Part shown: positions 51,191 through 62,179 of the stretch, in pieces | Layout of the letters: every line of letters starts with the position of its first letter | Numbering within the stretch: position 1 is the first letter of the stretch | Source: Mobula hypostoma | Taxonomy: Eukaryota | Direction: 5' to 3' | Length of the DNA stretch: 64,000 nt | NCBI RefSeq assembly: GCF_963921235.1 | Contig: NC_086097.1 | Location: 189,908,001-189,972,000 of the forward strand | Position numbers and translations under genes: made by a program | Notes under the pieces: model-generated | The model's database searches: none | Seen by the model: the letters and a program-made list of their open reading frames with translations, nothing else | Told to the model about the DNA's origin: nothing

Positions 51191-52289
51191 ATTCCTAAGC
51201 TCCGGAACCTGGGCCTTAGCACTCAGATCTGCGGCTGGATCTTCAGCTTCCTCACAGACAGGACCCAGGCTGTAAAAATAGGGGACAAGCTCTCCTCTAC
51301 AATCACTCTGAGCACTGGTGCCCCACAGGGCTGTGTACTCAGCCCCCTGCTGTACTCACTGTACACCCATGATTGTGTAGCCAAGTTCTATCGAACTCAA
51401 TATATAAGTTTGCTGATGACACAACAATTGTAGGCCGTATCTCGGGTAATGATGAGTTTGAGTACAGAGAGGAAATTAAGAACCTGGTGGCATGGTGCGA
51501 AGACAATAACCTATCCATCAACGTCAGCAAGACGAAGGAATTGGTTGTTGACTTCAGAAGGAGTAGCGCACCGCATGACCCAATTTATATCAGTGGTGTG
51601 CAAGTGGAACAGCTTTAATTTCTTCGGGGTCAATACCACAAGTGACCTGACTTGGTCCAACTGCCAAGAAGGCCACCAGCGCCTTTACTTCCTGAGAAAG
51701 CTAAAGAAATTTGGCCTGTCCCCTAAAACCCTCACTAATTTTTATAGATGCACCATAGAAAGCATTCTTCTAGGCTGCATCACAACCTGGTATGGAAGTT
51801 GTCCTGTCCAAGACCGGAAGGAGCTGCAGAAGATCATGAACACAGCGCAGCACATCACACAAACCAATCTTCCGTCCTTGGACTCACGTTACACCGCACG
51901 CTGTTGGTGCAGTGCCGCCAGGTTAATCAAGGACACGACCCACCCAGCCAACACACTTTTCGTCCCTCTTCCCTCGGGGAGAAGGGTCAGGAGCTTGAAG
52001 ACTCATGTGGCCAGATTTGGGAACACCTTCTTTCCAACTGTGATGAGACTGCAGAACGGATCCTGACCCGGATCTGGGCCGTACCCTCCAAATATCCGGA
52101 CCTGCCTCTTGGTTTTTTGTTTGCATTACCTTACTTTCCCTTTTCTATTTTCTATTTATGATTTATAATTAAAATTGTTAATATTTACTATCGATTTGTA
52201 ATCCCGGGAACGCGAAGCGCAGAATCAAATATCGCTGTGATGATTGTACGCTCTAGTATCGATTGTTTGGCAACAATAAAGTAAAGTAA
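51191..52289 (+). mobile_element. Young Rex1/Babar-type LINE inserted in CR1
   Basis: [45 protein letters not shown]; (taaag)n tail; 7-bp TSD agtaatg (51184-51190, 52290-52296). Confidence 0.93.
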
Positions 52290-53142
52290 AGTAATGGGGA
52301 ACAAAGAAATGGAGGATGAATTTAGTAAGTATTTTTCATCAGTCACACCTTGGAAGACAACAGCAGTAAGCCAGAAATTTGAAAATGTCAGGTCCCAGTA
52401 GTGAGTGTAGTTGCTATTACTAAGGTGGAGGTACTTGGGAAGCTGAAAGATCTAAAGGTAGATAAGTCACCTGGACCAGATGGACTACGTTCCAGGGTTC
52501 TGAACGAGGTAGCTGAAGAGATTGTGGAGGTATTAGTAGTGATCTTTCAGGAATCACTAGATTCTGAAATGGTTCTGGAGACCTGGAAAATTGCAAATTT
52601 CACTCCACTTGTTAAGAAGGGACGGAGGCAAAAGACAGGAAATTATAGGCCAATTAGACTAACTTCAGGCATTGGTAAGATGCTAGAGCCCATTATTAAG
52701 GATATGGTTTCGAGTTCTTGGAGTCACATGATAAATTATGCCAAAGTCAGCTTAAGGTTAAATCTTGGCTGACAAATCTGTTGACATTTCTTGAGGAAAT
52801 AGCAGGCAGGATAGACAAAGGAGAATCAGTGGATGTCGTTCACTTGGATTTTTCAAAGATCTTTGAGAATTTGTCACACATGAGGCTGCTAAACAAGGTA
52901 AGAAACCATGGTATTACAGAAAAGTTACTAGAATTGATGGAGGATTGTCGGATTGGCTGACTGGCTAGAGGTAAAGAATGGCAATAAAGGGAGCCTTTTC
53001 CAGTTGGCTACCGGTGACCAGTGGTTGGAGTATATGTGTCCTGTAGTGGGGAGGCTTGAACTAGAGGGCACAACCTCAGAATAAAAAGATGCCCCTTTCA
53101 GACAGAGATGAGGAGGAACCTCTTTCGCCAGAGGGTGGTGAA

Positions 53143-53326
53143 TTGTTGTTCCTTTTCATGCCTTGTGGTGCATTGGGTGGCATTTTTGCAATTTCTGTAG
53201 CATTTGACTATTTTTTACAAGGCCAAGCTGCTAGCTCGATGCTCAGCCCAGCATAGATGGAAAGTGTGCAAGGACCTGGCTGGGTTCGAACTTGGGACCA
53301 TTTGCCTCAAAGCCACCGGCCGGCTA
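53143..53326 (-). mobile_element. tRNA-derived SINE remnant inserted in the CR1 3' region
   Basis: Minus-strand B-box-like AGTTCGAACCC; aacaacaa tail; flanking repeat tggtgaa. Confidence 0.6.
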
Positions 53327-54049
53327 CAGAGCGCCTGGTGAAACTTTGGAACTAATACTGACATACAGCTGTGGTGCCCAAGTCATTGAGATTTTTCCAA
53401 ACAGAGGTATATAGATCCTTGGTTAGTTAGGGTATCAAAGGTTATGAGGAGAAGGTAGGGGAATGGGGTTGTGAGGGATAATAAATCAGTCATGATTGAA
53501 TGGTAGTGTAAACTTGGTGGGCTGTATGGCCTAATTCTGCTCCTATGTCTAATGGTCTTGTGGTCAAAAACATTTTGTAATTCTTTTTGAGTCAAATTTT
53601 GCATTAGAGGTATAGAAAGATTAACAACATCACCAAGGAGAATCCTGCTTTCTTCTTATCTAGAACAAAGAAAGTGAAATAGTGAATGGCAGTTCCAATT
53701 CTAACTCAGCAATTTATACTGAACAGTGAATGGCTGCTTTTTAAGAAATGGAACAAGCCAGAGGTGTGAAGCAGTTGAAAAACAAATGTTTCAGTTTAGA
53801 CAAGAGGGAATTTTTTGATGGGGTAAGGTCACAGTTTAGAGGTTATTTGTCTGATAGCTTAGTAAGAGCAACTGGCAACTAGAGAATATAGACAAATCAG
53901 TACAAAACTTGCAAATTTCAGGGCTATAGTTCATACCAGTCAAACTATGTAAATGGAAAGAGAAAACCTGAGCCTGTATCACAGAGTCTGGCCTGTTCTG
54001 AAAGGGACAGAGGAAACAAATTGACTTGCAGCTGTAGAATTCAAAATTG

Positions 54050-55100
54050 AGTCCATAAGTTAGCAACGTGCCCACATGGAAAATGAATGGCTTTTCCTTA
54101 ATCTTCATTTGGACCTCGTTATAAACAGTCCCAGAGACAACAGACAGGAAGTGAGAGAAAGAGTGAGGTGGGGAATGAAAGTGGCAGTCAACAGGGATCT
54201 CTCAGATACTCCCCATACTCAAAGCTGATCAACTAGTGCACATTTGGTTTCCTTGGTGGAGAGGAGATCACATTGTGAATACATGAGGCTGGAAAAAGTC
54301 CAAGTATATCACAACTTCATTTGGATGGTGCGACACGATGAGGGACAAGTGTGATATCTCTCAAAGATACATGGAAAAGAGTTTTAAAAAGAGAAGCAGT
54401 TGGTGAGGACCTGGGAGGAATAAAACTGAAGGATCCCTTTGAAATCCTAAAACAGAACGGAAGGAGAGAATATTTTTGATAGTGTAACCTTGTTGAATTT
54501 GGTGTAAATTGTGGAGGATGCTGCCCAAGTTGCATGCCATCTTGATCAATGTCTCCCATCCACTACATAATGTACTGGCTGGGCACAGGAGTACATTCAG
54601 CCAGAGACTCATTCCACCGAGATGCAGCACAGAGCGTCATAGGAAGTCATTCCTGCCTGTGGCCATTAAACTTTACAACTCCTCCCTTGGAGGGTCAGAC
54701 ATCCTGTGCCGATAGGCTGGTCCTGGACTTATTTCATAATTTACCAGCATAATTTACATATTACTATTTAACTATTTATGGTTTTATTACTATTTATTAT
54801 TTATGGTGCAACTGTAATGAAAACCAATTTCGCCAGGGATCAATAAAGTATGACTATGACTATGAAAATGATCCCATGAATGTGAGGCTATTGGCATGGA
54901 AGTTGAGGACCAAGGCAACTCTATGATTTCTCTGTGCAGGAGGGGCTAAGAGCAGAGAATGAGTAAACAGGAAACATGCTGTAAAGGGCTCAGTCCACCA
55001 TGGCAGTAGGGAAGCCATGGTTCAGAAAGAAGAGGGACCACTTAGGGTACATGTGTGGAACATGGCATTACTGGAAGAGATGTGATGGATGAGAAAGATG
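54050..55100 (-). mobile_element. Very old Penelope-like relic (host of the Rex fragment)
   Basis: Weak nucleotide resemblance to the GIY-YIG region at 59620-59900 (e.g. catggaaaatgaatggcttttcc, catttggtttcc). Confidence 0.4.
54500..54865 (+). mobile_element. Rex1/Babar-type LINE 3' fragment
   Basis: KLHAILINVSHPLH...RCSTERHRKSFLPVAIKLYN; AATAAA plus (tatgac)n tail. Confidence 0.88.
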
Positions 55101-55267
55101 AGGGTAATATAATTTGTAGACTGGCTGCGGACAGAATCAAATTGGGCTTCATTTTCTCCATGCTTAAAAATCTAGCTAAAGCTGAAGACCAGTTCCCTAC
55201 TCATACTGGTTATTGCAGGCCAGGGAGTAGCCAGCAAACCTTAAGATTAAATGGAGAAAAACTGAAA

Positions 55268-55410
55268 GGCAAGAGAAAATCTGCAGATGCTGGAAATCTG
55301 AGCTACACACACAAAATGCTGGAGGAACTCAGCAGGGCAGGCAGTATCTATGGAAAAGAGTACAGTCGACATTTCTGGCTTAGACTCTTCATTGGGACTG
55401 GTAAAAAGAG
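55268..55410 (-). mobile_element. Penelope-like terminal fragment with decayed hammerhead
   Basis: aaaatctgcagatgctggaaat...cagtcgacatttctggcttagactcttcattgggact. Confidence 0.8.
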
Positions 55411-55454
55411 GAGTCAGAGTAAGAAAGTGTTAATCAATTGCTATGTACATCCAT

Positions 55455-55472
55455 AACCACTAGGTGGCAATA
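55455..55472 (+). promoter_or_regulatory. Candidate CTCF binding site
   Basis: AACCACTAGGTGGCAATA matches the CTCF core CCACTAGGTGGC. Confidence 0.5.
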
Positions 55473-57439
55473 TAAGTATTTAAGAGGTATTTAAACCAAA
55501 AAAAACCCTATTTTCATTTTTATACTAAATCAACCCCAAAAACATTATGCCACAGTTAATCTATCCCAGTTTATCACAGTCATTTTGCAGTCTATTGCTC
55601 GGTTTAAGTTGAAGTGTCTGTCAGAAAACAAATCGATAAAAATAAATTTTGAAATAAATGAAAAAGAAAATATTCAACATTTCTTTGCTTGAAAAATGTG
55701 TATTTACATACATTTGCCAAAGTGCTGCTAATAAGCTTATATAACAACATAAATCAGAGCAGGAACAGATCATATGTCCCCTGAATATCTAAGAATCTAA
55801 TTGCAAGATGCCTTTACATTATTCTGTTAAACATTCCAAGGTGCAAAGGATAAAGAAATTCCCAACAGTAAGAGTAGACTGGCATTTTGAGGTCAGGAAA
55901 GTGAGAAGATGGAGAGACTTGAAGAGAAAGTTGGTCATTCTGAAACCATTGCAAATTGTTGTCACCATATATAAAAGTCAAAGAGCTTAAAGGCATAAGA
56001 TATACAGTATAACTGGATGGTATTGCAGAGGTAGAGAGGTTAAAACCATGGTAAGGTCTAGGGAAATGGTTTAGGTATTTGATTTTGACGTCAAGGAGAA
56101 ATGGTGAGTCAGTTGTGCTTTGCAAGGACCTGACTGATAGACTGTAGAGTATGCTGCAGTGCAGGATATGGATGGCAAAATTTGGATGTACTTTGAATTG
56201 GTGTTATGAGCAGTACAGGAGGCCAACAAAAAGAGAAAAACTGAGATTAGAGATAATGAAGAAGCACATATGGAATATATCCTGCTATGAAGGGGATTAG
56301 TACAACAGATGGATTTATAGGACAACCCAGCAGTTTCATGATCGATATTGCTGATACCAGCTTTTAAATTATAGATTATTTAATTAATTTAATCTAAATA
56401 TCCCAGATGCTGAGGTAGGATTTGAAGGTGGTTGGACAGGAAATACTGCACCCTTCCAGTGCAAAACTAATTGCTTCTGTAATCGGCAAGAGTGAAAGAA
56501 AATTAGGGCGTTGTGACTTTGTATAAATTTCAATGACAAGCAGATGGCTTTTGACTAAGTACATAGTCTAACAGGTATTATGTTGAACAGAGAGCAGCTG
56601 TTAGCCAGTGCCTAATTGCTACAAGAACATTCTCCTTCCTTACAAAAATACATTAGAAAAAGAGCCCTCTTCTTAGCTACTGTTCCAAATTATCCCAGTT
56701 GACACTATCATTTTAGAAATCTTACACTCAGTCCCTCTGTGCTTGTATATCAGATTTCCATTTAATCTCCCTAGTCCTTATCACATTCAAACTCAATAAT
56801 CATCTTTCTTGTGACTTTATATTTAATATCTGCAACTTAGATTTCTTCCTGAAATGAACTCAATGGTATTCCTTTGCAAGTTTGGTGTAGTATCTCCCTT
56901 TGTTGATGACTCTTCCACAGCCTGCATTTCCATCAGTTCTATTTCATCTTTTCACTGCCAAGCAATCCTGGTACTTGTCTAATGAAAATGAAAAGAAGGA
57001 AACTGGACAACTGAAGGAGAAAATAAGGAAGTAATTGGGTGTGTGACATTATATCAGTCTCTTCTCAACTGGGTGACCACCTAAAATGTTCAGGCTGTCT
57101 CTGCAATTGTACAGATTTGCTAGAAACCTAGGATAGTGAAGCTTTTCCAAACCCAAACCAATATTACATGGATTTAGTCAGAAAATGAACACAAGAGTAT
57201 CTATATGGGACCATTGCTGGCAAATATGCATCTTGATTGTTTAAGTAACCACCGAACAAAAGGAAAAAAAATCAATTTCAGTTGTTAAATCTATTTCCAT
57301 TATTAAAGATGATGCATAAGCATCTCCATAAAGGACTTCTTGTTTTGATAACTAATGATAACTAATTGCTTTCCCTACTTATCATTTGTGTGAATACAGG
57401 AAGCACACACTTAGACTCAATTGTGGTTCTCAAATGCAG

Positions 57440-57971
57440 ACATAGAACATAGAACATAGAATAGTACAGCACATTACAGGCCCTTCGGCCCACAATGTTG
57501 TGCTGACCCTCAAACCCTGCCTCCCATATAACCCCCCCACTTTGAATTCCTCCATATACCTGTCTAGTAGTCTCTTAAACTTCACTAGTGTATCTGCCTC
57601 CACCACTGACTCAGGCAGTGCATTCCACACACCAACCACTCTCTGAGTAAAAAACCTTCCTCTAATATCCCCCTTGAACTTCCCACCCCTTACCTTAAAG
57701 CCATGTCCTCTTGTATTGAGCAGTGGTGCCCTGGGGAAGAGGCGCTGGCTATCCACTCTATCTATTCCTCTTATTATCTTGTACACCTCTATCATGTCTC
57801 CTCTCATCCTCCTTCTCTCCAAGGAGTAAAGCCCTAGCTCCCTTAACCTCTGATCTTAATGCATACTCTCTAAACCAGGCAGCATCCTGGTAAATCTCCT
57901 CTGTACCCTTTCCAATGTTTTCACATCCTTCCGATAGTGAGGCGACTAGAACTGGACACAGTACTCCAAGT
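57440..57971 (-). mobile_element. Young CR1 3' fragment
   Basis: RRRMRGDMIEVYK...TRGHGFKVRGG; nearly identical to 30120-30640 and 62180-62710. Confidence 0.93.
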
Positions 57972-59184
57972 AAAGCACCTTTGACAATCATCAGAGAAAC
58001 TGCTGCAATATTTATTCTCAATGGGATGTCCAAAAGCCTACTAGGAAAATGATTTTAATATTCAGTAGAGCCACAGTTAGGGTAATGTTCAATTATCTAT
58101 GCATTATTTTAATATAGAAATGACAGAGAAAAACTAACGGAGGTTTTTAGAGGATATATTTCATTTTTTTCCAAAAAATTTTAATTGATAAATTTGATGC
58201 CATTTTCATACTAAGCAGGGATGAATTACTTGACCTTTCTACCTGGGTGTATTTGAAATAAGATCCATATAAAATGATAAAGGATTATACATTTTCATTA
58301 AATTAAGTCATAGAAAAAATGTCAAGACATTTCAAATGCAAGTGGAACTACAGGAGAGTTACTCAAAGTCAGTTACTTAAAGGAGGAAAACTTGATTTAG
58401 TGTTATATAAGCAATCAGGAAAAGGGACCAAGGATCCAGCTGAAAATGACATCTCCACCTCACTGACAATCAACACTGCCACACCTCAGGGATGAGTGCT
58501 TAGCCCACTACTCTACTCTCTCTACAACCATGACTGCGTGACTAGGCACACCAAGGGTGCCATCTATCTGCTGACGATTGCGGGCAGAATTTCAGATGGT
58601 GACAAGAGGACATACAGGAATGAGATATATCAGCTCAGTGAGTGGTGCCACAGCAACAACCTTGCAGTCAATGTTAGTAAGACCAGAGAACTAACTGTGG
58701 ATGTCAGGAAGGGTAAGAGAGGGAACACACATCAGTCCTCATAGAGGGATCAGAAGTGGAAAGAGTGAGCAATTTCAAGTTTCTGTGTGTCACTATCTCT
58801 GAGGATATAACTGGACCCAACATATTGATGCAGTTACAATGAAGGTATGACAGAGACTCTATTTCATTAGGATTTTGAGGAGAATTAGTATGTTGCCAAA
58901 GACACTCGCAGATTTCTACAGATGTACTGTGGAGAGCATTCTAACTGGCTATATCACTGTCTGGTATGGTGAAGGTGGAGGTGGGTGGGGCTACTGCACA
59001 AGAATGAACTAAGCTGCAGAGATCTGTAAACCTACTCAGCTCCATCATGGGCACTAGCCTCCATAGTATCCAGGATATCTTCAAGGAGCGATGCCTCAAA
59101 AAGGCAGTATCCATCATTAAGGACCCCCATCTCATTGCTACGATCAGGAAGGAGGTACAGAAGTTTAAAGCCACACACTCAGAA

Positions 59185-60200
59185 ACAACACACATCAAAG
59201 TTGCTGGTGAACGCAGCAGGCCAGGCAGCATCTCTAGGAAGAGGTGCAGTCGACGTTTCAGGCCGAGACCCTTCGTCAGGACTAACTGAAGGAAGAGTGA
59301 GTAAGAGATTTGAAAGTTGGAGGGGGAGGGGGAGATCCAAAATGATAGGAGAAGACAGGAGGGGGAGGGATGGAGCCAAGAGCTGGACAGGTGATTGGCA
59401 AAAGGGATACGAAAGGATCATGGGACAGGAGGTCCGGGAAGAAAGACGGGGGGCGGGGGGAACCCAGAGGATGGGCAAGGGCCATATTCAGAGGGACAGA
59501 GGGAGAAAAAGGAGAGTCAGAGAAAGAATGTGTGTATATAAATAACGGATGGGGTACGAGGGGGAGGTGGGGCATTAGTGGAAGTTAGAGAAGTCGATGT
59601 TCATGCCATCAGGTTGGAGGCTACCCAGATGGAATATAAGGTGTTGTTCCTCCAACCTGAGTGTGGCTTCCTCTTTACAGTAGAGGAGGCCGTGGATAAA
59701 CATATCAGAATGGGAATGGGATGTGGAATTAAAATGTGTGGCCACTGGGAGATCCTGCTTTCTCTGGCGGACAGAGAGTAGGTGTTCAGCAAAGCGGTCT
59801 CCCAGTCTGCGTCGGGTCTCGCCAATATATAAAAGGCCACATCGGGAGCACCGGATGCAGTACATCACCCCAGTCGACTCACAGGTGAAGTGTTGCCTCA
59901 CCTGGAAGGACTGTCTGGGGCCCTGAATGGTGGTAAGGGAGGAAGTGTAAGGGCATGTGTAGCACTTGTTCCGCTTACACGGATAAGTGCCAGGAGGGAG
60001 ATCAGTGGGGAGGGATGGGGGGGATGAATGGACAAGGGAGTCGCGTAGGGAGCGATCCCTGCGGAAAGCAGAGGGGGGGGGAGGGAAGGATGTGCTTAGA
60101 CTGCACCTCTTCCTAGAGGTGCTGCCTGGCCTGCTGCGTTCACCAGCAACTTTGATGTGTGTTGCTTGAATTTCCAGCATCTGCAGAATTTCTGTTGTTT
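59185..60200 (-). mobile_element. Young Penelope-like insertion: GIY-YIG coding part, terminus, and inverted terminal segment
   Basis: ORF 59575-60180 contains CYTC...FTCESTGVMYCIRCSRCGLLYIGETRRRLGDRFAEHL...HF...RLEEQHLIFHLGSLQPDGMNIDF. Inverted repeat 59185-59251 / 60099-60165; 10-bp TSD acactcagaa (59175-59184, 60201-60210). Confidence 0.93.
59248..59283 (-). ncRNA. Minimal type I hammerhead ribozyme motif with intact core
   Basis: AGUC-CUGACGA-AGGGUCUCGGCCU-GAAAC-GUC^GACU: stem I AGUC/GACU, full catalytic core, short stem II, loopless palindromic (ACGU) stem III. Confidence 0.8.
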
Positions 60201-60427
60201 ACACTCAGAAGCAGCTTGTTCCTCTCTACCATCTGATTTCTAAATGGACATTGAGCCCATGAACTACCTTTTTTAAATCTTTATTTTTGCACTTTTGCAC
60301 CACTTATTTAATTTACATGCACATATATAGCCCTATATTATATATATTGCTGTAATTCACATTTTTCTATTATTACGTATTGCATTGTACTGCTACCGCA
60401 AAGAGAAGAAATTTCACATGTACATAT

Positions 60428-61629
60428 GTATAAATTTGCTGATGATACAACTACAGTATTGTAGGCAGAATCTTGGACTGTGGCGAGAGGGTGTAGCAGA
60501 ATGAGATATACCATGCACATATCTATAAATTTGTGTTGGCGCGTGGCCAAGCGGTTAAGGCGTTCGTCTAGTGATCTGAAGGTCGCTAGTTCGAGCCTTG
60601 GCTGAGGCAGCGTGTTGTGTCCTTGAAAAAGGCACTTAACCACACATTGCTCTGCAATGACACCAGTGCCAAGCTGTATGGGTCCTAATGCCCTTCCCTT
60701 GGACAACATCGGTGGCGTGGAGAGGGGAGACTTGCAGCATAGTTATATGGTTATATGGGCAACTGCCGGTCTTCCATACAACCTTGCCCTGGCCTGCGCC
60801 CTGGAAACCTTCCCAGGCGCAAATCCATGGTCTCACGAGACTAACAGATGCCTATATCTATACATTTGCTGATGATGCAACTATTGTGGGCAGAATCTCT
60901 GACTATGGTGGGAGGGTGTAGAGGAATGAAGTATACCAGCCGGTTGAGTGGTGTTGCAGCAACAACCTTGTACTCAGTCCTTGCAAGACTGAGGAACTGA
61001 TTGCGGACTTCAAAAAGGGTAAGATGAGGGAAAATCCACTAGCGTTCATAGAGGGATCAGAAGTGGAAAGAGTGAACAATTTCAAGTTCCTGGGTGTCAA
61101 TATCTCGAGGATCTAACCTGGACCCAACATATTGATGCAACTACAGAGAAGGCAAGACAGCAGCTATATTATCATTAGGAGGTTGAGGAGATTTGGGACG
61201 TCTCCAAAAACACTCGCAAGTTTCTACAGATGCACGTACAGTGGAGAGCATTCTAACTAGCTGCAATACCCATCTAGTATGGTGGGTGGGGTGCGACTGC
61301 ACAGAATTGAAGTGAGCTACAGCAAGTTGAAAAAAATTAGTCAGCTCCATCAGGGGTAACATCCTCTGTAGTATCCAGGACATCTTCAAAAGTGATGCTT
61401 CAGAAATGCCATCATTAAGAAGCCCTCCCACTTTTCTTTTTTACCATCAAGAAGGAGGTACAGAAGCCTGGATGCACCTACTCAGCGATTCAGGAACAGC
61501 TGCTTCCCCTTTGTCATCAGATTTCTGAATGGACGTTGAACCCATGAGCACTACCTCACTACTTTATTATTTCCTAGTTTTTGCACTACTTAATTATTTC
61601 ATGCCGGCGATATTAAACCTGATTCTGAT
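60428..61629 (+). mobile_element. Rex1/Babar-type LINE fragment with duplicated 5' end, split by a SINE
   Basis: YTFADDATIVGRIS, VERVNNFKFLGV, RFRNSCFP; (tgattc)n tail. Confidence 0.85.
60534..60853 (+). mobile_element. tRNA-derived SINE, well preserved
   Basis: A box TGGCCAAGCGG, B box GTTCGAGCC, CORE-like gtgtccttgaaaaaggcacttaacc. 15-bp TSD atatctata(a/c)atttg (60519-60533, 60854-60868). Confidence 0.88.
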
Positions 61630-62179
61630 GTGCAACAAAAGGTACGATAGGGTTCCAAGCTCATGCCATAAAAATACTGAGACTGAAGTTTTATCTTCAC
61701 TGACAGTGCAGAAGGTGGACCTCAGCAAATATAGGAAACCTACTCTGCAATGGGCTCCCATCAATTCCCTCAGCCAGTGAATCGGTACTTCTTTGCTTTG
61801 TAAATCATCTGGAAGAAGCAACGCAAGCAGAGGATTAGATGTCCATCACCAAGTACAGCGCAATACACAATAATCTTGACTAATTCTTGAAGGACACAGG
61901 CTGAACTCAACTATCCATCATGGATGCATCAAGACATCATGATCTCTGACAACGTTAAAACAATTAATCAACACAAGGTTCTTCTGGTGACTAAGCCCAT
62001 CATGGGTATTATGTGGACACCTTGCATTGTGTTATGCATTGCAATCATTGCAAGAATAAATCCAACAAATCAAGGTGTTTATAAGGATATGTTAGCAACA
62101 GCCCATGTAATCTCACGGCCTTCCATCTCTCACTCCTCTATTATTATCAGAGTAACACTGCCTGAGGTTTCGAGAGGAT

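Larger units (their letters stand above)
49040..53563 (+). mobile_element. Near full-span but degraded CR1 with ORF1 SGNH-esterase remnant, EN and partial RT
   Basis: ORF1: ELKLRLDDL, IPLNNKYNALD, GDSIVKG...CFPGARVRDIS. ORF2: LNAHS, TESWL, SNHNMIEF, DKSPGPDG, VDVVHLDF. Deletion near 53030; CR1 tail to 53563. Confidence 0.9.
58440..60420 (+). mobile_element. Rex1/Babar-type LINE fragment split by a Penelope insertion
   Basis: [56 protein letters not shown]; resumes after 60200. Confidence 0.88.

Noticed and set aside
50993..51433. CR1-Rex chimeric ORF
   Set aside because: Chance read-through across a TSD-bounded insertion junction.
59575..60180. 201-aa ORF as a standalone GIY-YIG nuclease gene
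   Set aside because: Its N-terminal part is read from the inverted non-coding terminus; it is a chance fusion inside a truncated Penelope copy.
60537..60610. tRNA gene
   Set aside because: Has A and B boxes but no convincing acceptor stem; continues into a SINE body bounded by a TSD.
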